From: Torpedo marmorata
Taxonomy: Eukaryota
Reading direction: 5' to 3'
Assembly: GCA_977017645.1 (NCBI GenBank)
Contig: OZ360230.1
Span: forward strand, 61,194,001 to 61,258,000
DNA length: 64,000 nt
This document shows, one piece after another, positions 12,201 through 27,200 of the stretch. The notes below the pieces were generated by a model, which had not been told where the DNA came from, ran no database searches, and was given only the letters and a program-made list of their open reading frames with translations. Position 1 is the first letter of the stretch, and each line of letters starts with the position of its first letter. The translations under genes and the position numbers were made by a program.

Positions 12201-15200
12201 CCAGCTGCTTCACAGGCTGAAGCATAAGACTCCAGAGTGTTGCACAACTGCACAGAATCTCCGCCGGTGACACAATGATCGTAGACACAGCTTGCAAAGT
12301 ATAGCTGAGGTGGGATATGCCAGTGACAATCTTTAAATGGACCAGGGTTCGCCAAAACAATTTTGCAGTACCTCTCAGCCTCTTCTTGTGATGGAGAATC
12401 GCATGTCGGTGGATCAGGAGCAGTTTGATTACACCTGTGCAACAGAAACAATCTCTCACTTTTTTCAAATGGGAATGGTCTCTCATTCTACTTTATCCTC
12501 TGCAGAGCAGAATGAAGGTTGCAGGAGGGGTAGGGGTCTGGGCGGATAGAAAACACAGGGGCGTCAAATATTAAAGGAGGCACATGCTTCCTGCACGCAA
12601 CTGAAAAGACTGAAATACATCCTGAAAGCAACGCTGGAAACAGTTCTTCAGTTCTTCGCCGTGTGCTGATGTCGTTCATGAGAACAATACACAGGAGTTG
12701 ATTTGGAAACCTTCTTGAAATCTCTGCATTGTCCCTACATACCCTCACATCACCCAACCTTACCACTTGCTTTAATTATTGCAACAACTATTCTCTCACT
12801 CGATGCAAGAAATCTTAGCATTTACATTAACAGAAATACACGACAGAAAAACTCACAGCCAATCATCATCAGCAACCGCCCAACTGTTTCCAAACTGATT
12901 GGAATCCAAGGCTAGAATTCCGTCAGGTTTCAAGAAGTCATCCAGCTGGTCATTGGTGTAGGTCCCGCACAAGCCACACAGCTGTCCTTTGTATCTCTCA
13001 TCCACAACGACAACAAGTTGATGATCTCCGTCAAACTTCACCTGAAGACCAAAGTCCGTCTCCAACAGAACAAAGGATCCTTCCAACGTCACTTTCACTG
13101 AAGAAATGGGTCTCACAGGGAGCTCAACCCTCACTCCATCAACCTAAGCAAACACATTACCAAGTGAACAAACACAGAATCACAAACATCCCAGCTATCG
13201 CACATTAAAACATCAAATCAATGCAGAAACATTTGCTCTTCGCTATATAATACTTACATAAACCTTCTTATATTTCCGCAGTGCAATATGAAGGTTGTCA
13301 AGATGCAAGCCAACTGAATTAATGGCAGACCATGTTGGACTACCTCTGTGTTCATTTCTACTTGTCAAAGAAAATCGAACAGATGTATTTCCGCAAGTCT
13401 CGGTCACCGTATAATTGCAGGCACCCTGGAAGTGGTACAGCTTCCCATCAAATGTTGTATAGTGCGGGTCACCATAGATGTGGCAAATTGCTGTGTCTGC
13501 GCTGTAACATCCCCAATTGCCGCCCTGCACTTTGCAAATTTCCCCCGCTCCACAAGATCCTGGCTCGCATTCCACTCGGTTATTCCCAGTGCAGCGGCAC
13601 CTTTCTACACATCCGTCTTCCCAGAACATTGCACCTTTCTGACACACAAACAGCAAACATTATTTTCACAATGGCCACATGGTGAAAAGGAAGCAGAACC
13701 TTGTTTTCCGAGAAACCAGAGCGCTCCGCAAACCCTTGTCACTCACCTCGTAGTATTTGTTGTTGTGCGTGCAGCCACAGTTCTCAACAGGCACACATGA
13801 GCTTCCACTCAGGACAAAGCCAGCGTTACACTCACAGTCCTCCACACAAGGTTCACTGCAGTTAGCTGAAGCAGAACGGTCAGTGCAAGTGGTTGGACAA
13901 GCACTGGCACAGGCATTGTAATGACTATTGGCTGGGCACCTGACAGCTGAAAGCAGACAAGGAACAAGATATTTTACACTCGAGTTAAAAGTATTCTCTG
14001 ACACAATCTTGGACAAATCCTCAGACAGGCCAATGTGGCACCAACCACATTTGGAGCTGGCTAACACCTACCACAGAAAGTGGAGTTCCTCCACGGCAGA
14101 TTGGTCACTCCTGCGCTTTGGCAGGCATCTGCATAGATTTGCAGGCTATTACACAAAGCCTCTTGGTCTCCATCCAACAAGCACAGTTCAACAACGCAAC
14201 TTTCAAAGATGCCATGGGCGTTGATTACCGAGTGGCAATTTACAAATGGCCCCTGTTGACTGGTGATCAGGCCACAGAACTCATCACTTCGGTAGCGGGC
14301 CTCGTCAGCGGGCTGACACTCTTCTGCCTCGTCTGGGTCACAACCTGGCTCGTCAGGTGGCACCTTCCAGCTATTTCCCAGTTCGTTGGAATCTTTCGCT
14401 TGCTCTCCATCAGGTTTCATGTAATCATCCTCTCTCATTCCATTGTAGTTACCGCACATACCACAAGTCCGATTAAAGTACGTGCTCGGCACCTTCACTT
14501 CCACTGAGTGATCCGTGTCGTAAGAAACATGCAGGCCAAAGTCAGTGGACAGCACCACGTACCTTCCGCTCCTCCTCACACTCACGGCACCTTCAGCAAG
14601 CCGAACAGGTAAGGTCGTCCACACTTCATCAACCTGAGCACAAGAGCAAATCCTGCTTTATCCAACATTCTTCCTATCACAGCACTGCAACCACGCACTC
14701 CGTGCACCAAGCAAACTCCAGCAACAATGCAAACAATCACTGCAATTGACCCATCATTACATTAGGCATCACTTTTCTGCACCTTCAGATACATTCAGAA
14801 CATTTTCTTCTCATTAGGAAACAAACTGGAAATGCTATGAGAATTCAACTCTCTTATTTACAAATTGTAGGAATAAACTTATAGGTTTTTTTTCCCCACA
14901 CCAAGTGCCTCATTAATTTCTCCCTGAGAATATATGAGAAGAAAAAAAGTAACTACTGGTAATTAAAAACCGTGATGAAGGTGGCGACTTTTTACCATCC
15001 AGGTTACTTTATCTTTCTTCATACTTTTCTTTTATTTCTTTTCCTTTCTTTTCTTTCTTTTTTTCTGGGGTTTTGGTTTGGGGGGAGGGAGGGCCGGGAC
15101 TTACCCATCGTGTATAAGCAATGTAATAATAATGAATTGATTTCTTGTTATGTATTATACAATTATGCATGTTTGGATAAAAAAATTTAAATAAAATATT

Positions 15201-18200
15201 CATTAAAAAATCAACTCTCTTCCGTTACACTGCACTGTACCTTCTTACTCACTCATATTTTCAATTACAAAGAAAACACTTCACACAGCTCACGATTCCA
15301 AATTCAGGATTGGTAGAAAGTGCAGGTCTCAGCCTGACAGTCACAAGCTTACCAATACACGGTGAGGTTCCATCTTGACAATCCAAACCTTGTGGTCACG
15401 AACAGCGACCTGAACTTTCTGAACATAAGATACTTTAGGGTTGCCACGGTTTTCATTTTTTGCTTCAATGTTGAAGTGTAGAAGAGAGGAGGAATTTCCG
15501 CACAGCTTGGCTATCGTATAGGTACAGCTACCCATAAAATGGAGCGTCGCTTTGTCAAAAGTGTTGTAATGCGGATCATTGTGGATTCTGCAGATTCCGT
15601 ACGTGTATGGGTAGCAACCAGGGACTCCGTTCACAACTCCACAGTATGAATCTCGGGAACACGTTGAATTCGAGCACACCATTTGACTGCCTGCTGAAGG
15701 ACATCGACACTGAGTTGAACAGGTATCATCGGTCCAGAATTCAGAGCCCACTGGGTAGTGCTTTCCTTCAGACCAGCAGCCACACTGTTGTTTTGGCACA
15801 CATCTGTCATTGTAGAAAAGGTAACCATCGTCACATACACAGCCTTCCACGCATGGTTGCAAGCAGCTGGATGGAGCACTTGGACTGACACAAGTAGCTG
15901 GGCAAGCTGAGCCACACTGCTCATAATGACTATTCGCTCCACATTTTAGGGCTGTGAAGAGAACCCATAAAGTGGCATGTTAATTTCCTATGAAATTCCT
16001 TCCATCAACACTCAGCTCAAATCAGATTGATCAATAATTTCTGATGGCTTCCACTCGCCACAAAGTGGCATTGAAGCATCTGGCAGATCATTCTCAAGCA
16101 CTTACGGCAAAAGGTCTCATTCCTCCAGCCTTCCACTTTGGCCCCCTCTGACTGGCACGCATCTCCATACGACTCCAAACTACTGCACAGAGACTCTGTC
16201 TCCGTGCCTAATGCGCAAAGGTCGTACACACAATCATCAAAATAAACCTCCGGGTCTATTTTGGAGTGGCACCCTTTGAAAGGACCATGCAAATCCATGA
16301 TTATCCCACAGTACTGGTTACTTTCGATGATTCGCTTTTCCTCACTCGTGCAATTTGGCCTGATGCCATCGTCAGGAGTACACCTGGAAAAACAGCAGCA
16401 TCCCAAATGAGAAATAGGTTAACGCAACAGCAAAACTCTGCAAGCAAGTAGCACAGTGATGAACGTTAGAGATATGACAGCTTTCAAAGGAAGGGGAAAT
16501 TCCCCACAGCTTGGTTACAATGTACCTTGTGTCATTTTGAGTCTGCCAGCTGTTGCCCAAGCTGACGGAATCAGGCTCCATTATTCCATCCGGATTCAGA
16601 AAATCATCTCTTCTGTCGTCATTATAGTTTCCGCAGAGTCCACACACCTTGCCCTTGAAAGGACTGGGGAGAGTTACCTCAGCTCGGTGCCTGCCATTAA
16701 ACTTCACTCGCAATCCAAAACTGGTGGTAATGACTACATACTGTCCAGACAGAGCAACGAGAACTTCTGAGGTGACTGACACGGGTAGAACTGCCACTTC
16801 CCCATCAACCTGCAAACAGACAAATCACTCATCAATTGATTCTCCTGCCAACACACATTTCAATGCACCCGATGAAGACGCTTAGCATATCCAACCCTTA
16901 CCTTTACAACACGCCCTTTTCCGAGCATGATTCTGTGATTGAAAACCTCAACCGTGACATGTCTGACGTATGACACGTGGGCATTTCCTGATCTGTGCTC
17001 ATTTTCAGCTTCAACGTTGAAATAGGGCAGTCTGTCGTTTGTACTGCACAGTTTTGATAAGGTATACGTGCATGTTCCCATAAAGTCGTGAGCTTGCTTA
17101 TCAAAGCTCATGTAATGAGGATCTCCTTGCACTATGCAGGATGATTCTGAAAGTGGAGAAATAAAAAATAATATGTGGAATGTCAGTTAGTAATATACAA
17201 CCCATTGACAAGGATGTTGACAAGCTATGATTAAGAGGAAAGTTACAGTTTATTTCACAGGTGAAGGTCAGGGAAGAATAAACTTGTGTATCAAATAATT
17301 TTTGCACTAACACCTCCCTCAGCAACTGCCATGTGCTCTATGAGATAGAGATTTTAAGAAACTGGTAGAAAGCAGAGAGGTCTAATACAATGAATATCTT
17401 TCACCCAGAGGGTGGAATTTGGGGATCTGGAACGTAATACCTTCCAAAAGTAGTTGGTGCAGGCACAGACCCTCACCAACTTAGAAGGGGATAGAATATG
17501 CAGGCAAATTGCTTTGACCTAGAAACCTACAGTCTTGTAACTGGAACCAGCAATAGGATATGAAGTTGCTTCATTGTCGAGCCCACGAGGGACCGAATGA
17601 AGCTTTCTATGCCATGAATTTCTGCCATTCTTAAGACTCCAATGTAAAAGAGCAACATGAAGGCCCCACATCACCTTCACATTGCATTCCTTTACCTGTA
17701 TGCACAGGCATCGTGGTACTGGCTGTCGTTGAGATGCTCGTGGTGGTTGTTATACCACACCCCTCTGCAAGAAAAAGAAGGAACAGGATCAGAAGATCTT
17801 ACCTTTCAATATGTGGTCACGCTTCCAGCCTTTCGAAGCATGGAAAAACAAGAGAACCGCGGTATTATGGGAGAAATGCCGATCTTAGGCACTAAATACA
17901 ATAATGGCGTCAGTATTGATTACATTTAAAAAATACTGCCAAAGGAGATACCATACATGTCAGACCAACCTTCACAACATCCTACGTGGAAGGAAATGTC
18001 ATCCACAGCTACATCACTCCGGTAGTCATTTCCCCGGACTGCTTCAAGAAGGATCTGTCAGAGAAAGTAACACAATATCAGAAGGAAATAATGTCAATTG
18101 CATCATTCGAGCACCCTGCTGGCATTAGATAATAGAAAAAAAAGGCACACAACCAGTCACAGATCTTAACAAAACATGTTCAGGGAAAACAAATCTTAAT

Positions 18201-21200
18201 ACTGTTCAAAATTATAACTGCTAATTGCTCATGATCTTCTGGCACAAAGACAAGGGAAAGCATGACACTGCATTTTGGGCAACAGAAAAGAAAATGGAAT
18301 TTCTACCAAAGAAGTGTGTTGATACATTTAGCCAGCGAGTACAAGGCAATTCAATGTATTAAAGAATGCAGCGGAGTGACTGGAGAGAGGAACAAAAAGG
18401 CCTTGGAGTGTTACATCAAAGATTTTGAAAGTTTTAAACACAGATCAAAAAGGCATGCAGCATTCTGTCCGTTATTGGCTGCCAGTTATATGAGCAGCAA
18501 GGTGATGCGTAAACTGTCAGCAACACCAGTAAAAACACTGCTCGTATACTCGTATACTCTGCACAGTTCTCATCACATCACACCAAAGATATGATTGCAC
18601 TGGAGAATGTGTAAGGAACATTGAGAAAGGCATTGCCAGGACGGGAAAGTTGTGGTTATGAGGAAAACATAAACAAACTAGGGCTGTTTGCAGCGGAGGA
18701 GGGTGAAGGTAGCTAATTGAGATCTATCAATATGTTAAGACAATGGACAGGACAAAGAAAAGGACCTCCTCAGTGCAAGAGTCATAAGTTTAATGTAACT
18801 GGCTAAAAGATGAGAGGCGATATGAAAAAAACATTTCTCCCAGAGGATGGCACAAAACGAAAACTCGCCTACTGCAAGGAGAATAGATATTGCTGCAAAT
18901 ACACTCTGCCACAAATAAAAATAACTCCACGTCTTCGGTCCCATAAAGGCATTGAAAGGAGGAGATCCAGTGTGTACTTTACGTGATTAAGTTGATATAC
19001 CTAATCGAATCGCCAAGACAAAGACTCCAAATGAGGATATACGATTAATCAACAGGAGCAGGGAGAGGAAGAACAGAAAACATTCCCTGTCAATGGAATG
19101 CTGGTGCTGCAATGAAGCCTTGAAAAGGCGTGATTGGATGTCAGTGCCAGTCAGCGTGGACATTCATTCAGCTCCAAGGAGAATAGCAGAAGAAACCTTC
19201 AGCACATTGAAACAGTACTAACAGAGTTGTGACTTTCAGGAACTTCCAGAGTTTGGTTGGTCATTTCCAATCACCAGAAGACACAATGTGCCTAAAGGCC
19301 TCCACCATTTCTTCTCCAAGATTTCTATAAAAGGGATCTCTTGAATATTATTCATGAAGTTTACCTGAGAATGTCCAGAGAGGTAAAGGTCTACTTCTCC
19401 TGCAATCCATCTGTTTCCCTGATTTCCTGACTCAGACCACTTTAGGACTGCTGCCCCTTGATCAACCTGGTAAACGTTCAGCGCCATGTTTTGAGCTACT
19501 CCATACATGTGGTACCAGAATCGCATGCACTGAGCTCCTCTCTTTACACATGGAGCGCTGACCAACTGAGCTCGATCTCCTGGTTTGCCATCATTGCCTT
19601 CAAGGTAAATGTAGTAGCCACCTGCGCACACAAGAAGCTTTATTGCTTACAAAGAAATCAGCTGCACAGTGGCGAGATACAAATCTCACATCACCTACCC
19701 GCAGTGGTGTGGTCAAACGCTGGTCCTGTATTAAACGATGGCGTCGACCCACTGATGCGTTTCCAGTCCAAAGTATCGGTCTTGGATTGGTTCCAACGGC
19801 ACAGGTCACTATCAAAGTTACAATCCAATGCACAACCTGTGGGTTTCGTCAAGACAGGTCAGTTGTGTGAATACACCCAGCCACAGGTAGAAATAACTCC
19901 AACATGTCACTTGCACTCTTCAAACAAACTCACATGCAACTCAGGGATACCTACAGGCTTGCGATTTGAAGGGAAACCCTGCTTTACTGATTTCCCGCAT
20001 TTCAACATTGATGACATGCAGAAATAAAACAGAGGAAAGGAGTAAGATATCAAACTTACTTTTCTCAAAACAGCCACTCTGCTGCCTCCAGTCTCCGAGC
20101 ACAACACCAGCTGCTTCACAGGCTGAAGCATAAGACTCCAGAGTGTTGCACAACTGCACGGAATCTCCGCCGGTGACACAATGATCGTAGACACAGCTTG
20201 CAAAGTATAGCTGAGGTGGGATATGCCAGTGACAATCTTTAAATGGACCAGGGTTCGCCAAAACAATTTTGCAGTACCTCTCAGCCTCTTCTTGTGATGG
20301 AGAATCGCATGTCGGTGGATCAGGAGCAGTTTGATTACACCTGTGCAACAGAAACAATCTCTCACTTTTTTCAAATGGGAATGGTCTCTCATTCTACTTT
20401 ATCCTCTGCAGAGCAGAATGAAGGTTGCAGGAGGGGTAGGGGTCTGGGCGGATAGAAAACACAGGGGCGTCAAATATTAAAGGAGGCACATGCTTCCTGC
20501 ACGCAACTGAAAAGACTGAAATACATCCTGAAAGCAACGCTGGAAACAGTTCTTCAGTTCTTCGCCGTGTGCTGATGTCGTTCATGAGAACAATACACAG
20601 GAGTTGATTTGGAAACCTTCTTGAAATCTCTGCATTGTCCCTACATACCCTCACATCACCCAACCTTACCACTTGCTTTAATTATTGCAACAACTATTCT
20701 CTCACTCGATGCAAGAAATCTTAGCATTTACATTAACAGAAATACACGACAGAAAAACTCACAGCCAATCATCATCAGCAACCGCCCAACTGTTTCCAAA
20801 CTGATTGGAATCCAAGGCTAGAATTCCGTCAGGTTTCAAGAAGTCATCCAGCTGGTCATTGGTGTAGGTCCCGCACAAGCCACACAGCTGTCCTTTGTAT
20901 CTCTCATCCACAACGACAACAAGTTGATGATCTCCGTCAAACTTCACCTGAAGACCAAAGTCCGTCTCCAACAGAACAAAGGATCCTTCCAACGTCACTT
21001 TCACTGAAGAAATGGGTCTCACAGGGAGCTCAACCCTCACTCCATCAACCTAAGCAAACACATTACCAAGTGAACAAACACAGAATCACAAACATCCCAG
21101 CTATCGCACATTAAAACATCAAATCAATGCAGAAACATTTGCTCTTCGCTATATAATACTTACATAAACCTTCTTATATTTCCGCAGTGCAATATGAAGG

Positions 21201-24200
21201 TTGTCAAGATGCAAGCCAACTGAATTAGTGGCAGACCATGTTGGACTACCTCTGTGTTCATTTCTACTTGTCAAAGAAAATCGAACAGATGTATTTCCGC
21301 AAGTCTCGGTCACCGTATAATTGCAGGCACCCTGGAAGTGGTACAGCTTCCCATCAAATGTTGTATAGTGCGGGTCACCATAGATGTGGCAAATTGCTGT
21401 GTCTGCGCTGTAACATCCCCAATTGCCGCCCTGCACTTTGCAAATTTCCCCCGCTCCACAAGATCCTGGCTCGCATTCCACTCGGTTATTCCCAGTGCAG
21501 CGGCACCTTTCTACACATCCGTCTTCCCAGAACATTGCACCTTTCTGACACACAAACAGCAAACATTATTTTCACAATGGCCACATGGTGAAAAGGAAGC
21601 AGAACCTTGTTTTCCGAGAAACCAGAGCGCTCCGCAAACCCTTGTCACTCACCTCGTAGTATTTGTTGTTGTGCGTGCAGCCACAGTTCTCAACAGGCAC
21701 ACATGAGCTTCCACTCAGGACAAAGCCAGCGTTACACTCACAGTCCTCCACACAAGGTTCACTGCAGTTAGCTGAAGCAGAACGGTCAGTGCAAGTGGTT
21801 GGACAAGCACTGGCACAGGCATTGTAATGACTATTGGCTGGGCACCTGACAGCTGAAAGCAGACAAGGAACAAGATATTTTACACTCGAGTTAAAAGTAT
21901 TCTCTGACACAATCTTGGACAAATCCTCAGACAGGCCAATGTGGCACCAACCACATTTGGAGCTGGCTAACACCTACCACAGAAAGTGGAGTTCCTCCAC
22001 GGCAGATTGGTCACTCCTGCGCTTTGGCAGGCATCTGCATAGATTTGCAGGCTATTACACAAAGCCTCTTGGTCTCCATCCAACAAGCACAGTTCAACAA
22101 CGCAACTTTCAAAGATGCCATGGGCGTTGATTACCGAGTGGCAATTTACAAATGGCCCCTGTTGACTGGTGATCAGGCCACAGAACTCATCACTTCGGTA
22201 GCGGGCCTCGTCAGCGGGCTGACACTCTTCTGCCTCGTCTGGGTCACAACCTGGCTCGTCAGGTGGCACCTTCCAGCTATTTCCCAGTTCGTTGGAATCT
22301 TTCGCTTGCTCTCCATCAGGTTTCATGTAATCATCCTCTCTCATTCCATTGTAGTTACCGCACATACCACAAGTCCGATTAAAGTACGTGCTCGGCACCT
22401 TCACTTCCACTGAGTGATCCGTGTCGTAAGAAACATGCAGGCCAAAGTCAGTGGACAGCACCACGTACCTTCCGCTCCTCCTCACACTCACGGCACCTTC
22501 AGCAAGCCGAACAGGTAAGGTCGTCCACACTTCATCAACCTGAGCACAAGAGCAAATCCTGCTTTATCCAACATTCTTCCTATCACAGCACTGCAACCAC
22601 GCACTCCGTGCACCAAGCAAACTCCAGCAACAATGCAAACAATCACTGCAATTGACCCATCATTACATTAGGCATCACTTTTCTGCACCTTCAGATACAT
22701 TCAGAACATTTTCTTCTCATTAGGAAACAAACTGGAAATGCTATGAGAATTCAACTCTCTTATTTACAAATTGTAGGAATAAACTTATAGGTTTTTTTTC
22801 CCCACACCAAGTGCCTCATTAATTTCTCCCTGAGAATATATGAGAAGAAAAAAAGTAACTACTGGTAATTAAAAACCGTGATGAAGGTGGCGACTTTTTA
22901 CCATCCAGGTTACTTTATCTTTCTTCATACTTTTCTTTTATTTCTTTTCCTTTCTTTTCTTTCTTTTTTTCTGGGGTTTTGGTTTGGGGGGAGGGAGGGC
23001 CGGGACTTACCCATCGTGTATAAGCAATGTAATAATAATGAATTGATTTCTTGTTATGTATTATACAATTATGCATGTTTGGATAAAAAAATTTAAATAA
23101 AATATTCATTAAAAAATCAACTCTCTTCCGTTACACTGCACTGTACCTTCTTACTCACTCATATTTTCAATTACAAAGAAAACACTTCACACAGCTCACG
23201 ATTCCAAATTCAGGATTGGTAGAAAGTGCAGGTCTCAGCCTGACAGTCACAAGCTTACCAATACACGGTGAGGTTCCATCTTGACAATCCAAACCTTGTG
23301 GTCACGAACAGCGACCTGAACTTTCTGAACATAAGATACTTTAGGGTTGCCACGGTTTTCATTTTTTGCTTCAATGTTGAAGTGTAGAAGAGAGGAGGAA
23401 TTTCCGCACAGCTTGGCTATCGTATAGGTACAGCTACCCATAAAATGGAGCGTCGCTTTGTCAAAAGTGTTGTAATGCGGATCATTGTGGATTCTGCAGA
23501 TTCCGTACGTGTATGGGTAGCAACCAGGGACTCCGTTCACAACTCCACAGTATGAATCTCGGGAACACGTTGAATTCGAGCACACCATTTGACTGCCTGC
23601 TGAAGGACATCGACACTGAGTTGAACAGGTATCATCGGTCCAGAATTCAGAGCCCACTGGGTAGTGCTTTCCTTCAGACCAGCAGCCACACTGTTGTTTT
23701 GGCACACATCTGTCATTGTAGAAAAGGTAACCATCGTCACATACACAGCCTTCCACGCATGGTTGCAAGCAGCTGGATGGAGCACTTGGACTGACACAAG
23801 TAGCTGGGCAAGCTGAGCCACACTGCTCATAATGACTATTCGCTCCACATTTTAGGGCTGTGAAGAGAACCCATAAAGTGACATGTTAATTTCCTATGAA
23901 ATTCCTTCCATCAACACTCAGCTCAAATCAGATTGATCAATAATTTCTGATGGCTTCCACTCGCCACAAAGTGGCATTGAAGCATCTGGCAGATCATTCT
24001 CAAGCACTTACGGCAAAAGGTCTCATTCCTCCAGCCTTCCACTTTGGCCCCCTCTGACTGGCACGCATCTCCATACGACTCCAAACTACTGCACAGAGAC
24101 TCTGTCTCCGTGCCTAATGCGCAAAGGTCGTACACACAATCATCAAAATAAACCTCCGGGTCTATTTTGGAGTGGCACCCTTTGAAAGGACCATGCAAAT

Positions 24201-27200
24201 CCATGATTATCCCACAGTACTGGTTACTTTCGATGATTCGCTTTTCCTCGCTCGTGCAATTTGGCCTGATGCCATCGTCAGGAGTACACCTGGAAAAACA
24301 GCAGCATCCCAAATGAGAAATAGGTTAACGCAACAGCAAAACTCTGCAAGCAAGTAGCACAGTGATGAACGTTAGAGATATGACAGCTTTCAAAGGAAGG
24401 GGAAATTCCCCACAGCTTGGTTACAATGTACCTTGTGTCATTTTGAGTCTGCCAGCTGTTGCCCAAGCTGACGGAATCAGGCTCCATTATTCCATCCGGA
24501 TTCAGAAAATCATCTCTTCTGTCGTCATTATAGTTTCCGCAGAGTCCACACACCTTGCCCTTGAAAGGACTGGGGAGAGTTACCTCAGCTCGGTGCCTGC
24601 CATTAAACTTCACTCGCAATCCAAAACTGGTGGTAATGACTACATACTGTCCAGACAGAGCAACGAGAACTTCTGAGGTGACTGACACGGGTAGAACTGC
24701 CACTTCCCCATCAACCTGCAAACAGACAAATCACTCATCAATTGATTCTCCTGCCAACACACATTTCAATGCACCCGATGAAGACGCTTAGCATATCCAA
24801 CCCTTACCTTTACAACACGCCCTTTTCCGAGCATGATTCTGTGATTGAAAACCTCAACCGTGACATGTCTGACGTATGACACGTGGGCATTTCCTGATCT
24901 GTGCTCATTTTCAGCTTCAACGTTGAAATAGGGCAGTCTGTCGTTTGTACTGCACAGTTTTGATAAGGTATACGTGCATGTTCCCATAAAGTCGTGAGCT
25001 TGCTTATCAAAGCTCATGTAATGAGGATCTCCTTGCACTATGCAGGATGATTCTGAAAGTGGAGAAATAAAAAATAATATGTGGAATGTCAGTTAGTAAT
25101 ATACAACCCATTGACAAGGATGTTGACAAGCTATGATTAAGAGGAAAGTTACAGTTTATTTCACAGGTGAAGGTCAGGGAAGAATAAACTTGTGTATCAA
25201 ATAATTTTTGCACTAACACCTCCCTCAGCAACTGCCATGTGCTCTATGAGATAGAGATTTTAAGAAACTGGTAGAAAGCAGAGAGGTCTAATACAATGAA
25301 TATCTTTCACCCAGAGGGTGGAATTTGGGGATCTGGAACGTAATACCTTCCAAAAGTAGTTGGTGCAGGCACAGACCCTCACCAACTTAGAAGGGGATAG
25401 AATATGCAGGCAAATTGCTTTGACCTAGAAACCTACAGTCTTGTAACTGGAACCAGCAATAGGATATGAAGTTGCTTCATTGTCGAGCCCACGAGGGACC
25501 GAATGAAGCTTTCTATGCCATGAATTTCTGCCATTCTTAAGACTCCAATGTAAAAGAGCAACATGAAGGCCCCACATCACCTTCACATTGCATTCCTTTA
25601 CCTGTATGCACAGGCATCGTGGTACTGGCTGTCGTTGAGATGCTCGTGGTGGTTGTTATACCACACCCCTCTGCAAGAAAAAGAAGGAACAGGATCAGAA
25701 GATCTTACCTTTCAATATGTGGTCACGCTTCCAGCCTTTCGAAGCATGGAAAAACAAGAGAACCGCGGTATTATGGGAGAAATGCCGATCTTAGGCACTA
25801 AATACAATAATGGCGTCAGTATTGATTACATTTAAAAAATACTGCCAAAGGAGATACCATACATGTCAGACCAACCTTCACAACATCCTACGTGGAAGGA
25901 AATGTCATCCACAGCTACATCACTCCGGTAGTCATTTCCCCGGACTGCTTCAAGAAGGATCTGTCAGAGAAAGTAACACAATATCAGAAGGAAATAATGT
26001 CAATTGCATCATTCGAGCACCCTGCTGGCATTAGATAATAGAAAAAAAAGGCACACAACCAGTCACAGATCTTAACAAAACATGTTCAGGGAAAACAAAT
26101 CTTAATACTGTTCAAAATTATAACTGCTAATTGCTCATGATCTTCTGGCACAAAGACAAGGGAAAGCATGACACTGCATTTTGGGCAACAGAAAAGAAAA
26201 TGGAATTTCTACCAAAGAAGTGTGTTGATACATTTAGCCAGCGAGTACAAGGCAATTCAATGTATTAAAGAATGCAGCGGAGTGACTGGAGAGAGGAACA
26301 AAAAGGCCTTGGAGTGTTACATCAAAGATTTTGAAAGTTTTAAACACAGATCAAAAAGGCATGCAGCATTCTGTCCGTTATTGGCTGCCAGTTATATGAG
26401 CAGCAAGGTGATGCGTAAACTGTCAGCAACACCAGTAAAAACACTGCTCGTATACTCGTATACTCTGCACAGTTCTCATCACATCACACCAAAGATATGA
26501 TTGCACTGGAGAATGTGTAAGGAACATTGAGAAAGGCATTGCCAGGACGGGAAAGTTGTGGTTATGAGGAAAACATAAACAAACTAGGGCTGTTTGCAGC
26601 GGAGGAGGGTGAAGGTAGCTAATTGAGATCTATCAATATGTTAAGACAATGGACAGGACAAAGAAAAGGACCTCCTCAGTGCAAGAGTCATAAGTTTAAT
26701 GTAACTGGCTAAAAGATGAGAGGCGATATGAAAAAAACATTTCTCCCAGAGGATGGCACAAAACGTAAACTCGCCTACTGCAAGGAGAATAGATATTGCT
26801 GCAAATACACTCTGCCACAAATAAAAATAACTCCACGTCTTCGGTCCCATAAAGGCATTGAAAGGAGGAGATCCAGTGTGTACTTTACGTGATTAAGTTG
26901 ATATACCTAATCGAATCGCCAAGACAAAGACTCCAAATGAGGATATACGATTAATCAACAGGAGCAGGGAGAGGAAGAACAGAAAACATTCCCTGTCAAT
27001 GGAATGCTGGTGCTGCAATGAAGCCTTGAAAAGGCGTGATTGGATGTCAGTGCCAGTCAGCGTGGACATTCATTCAGCTCCAAAGAGAATAGCAGAAGAA
27101 ACCTTCAGCACATTGAAACAGTACTAACAGAGTTGTGACTTTCAGGAACTTCCAGAGTTTGGTTGGTCATTTCCAATCACCAGAAGACACAATGTGCCTA

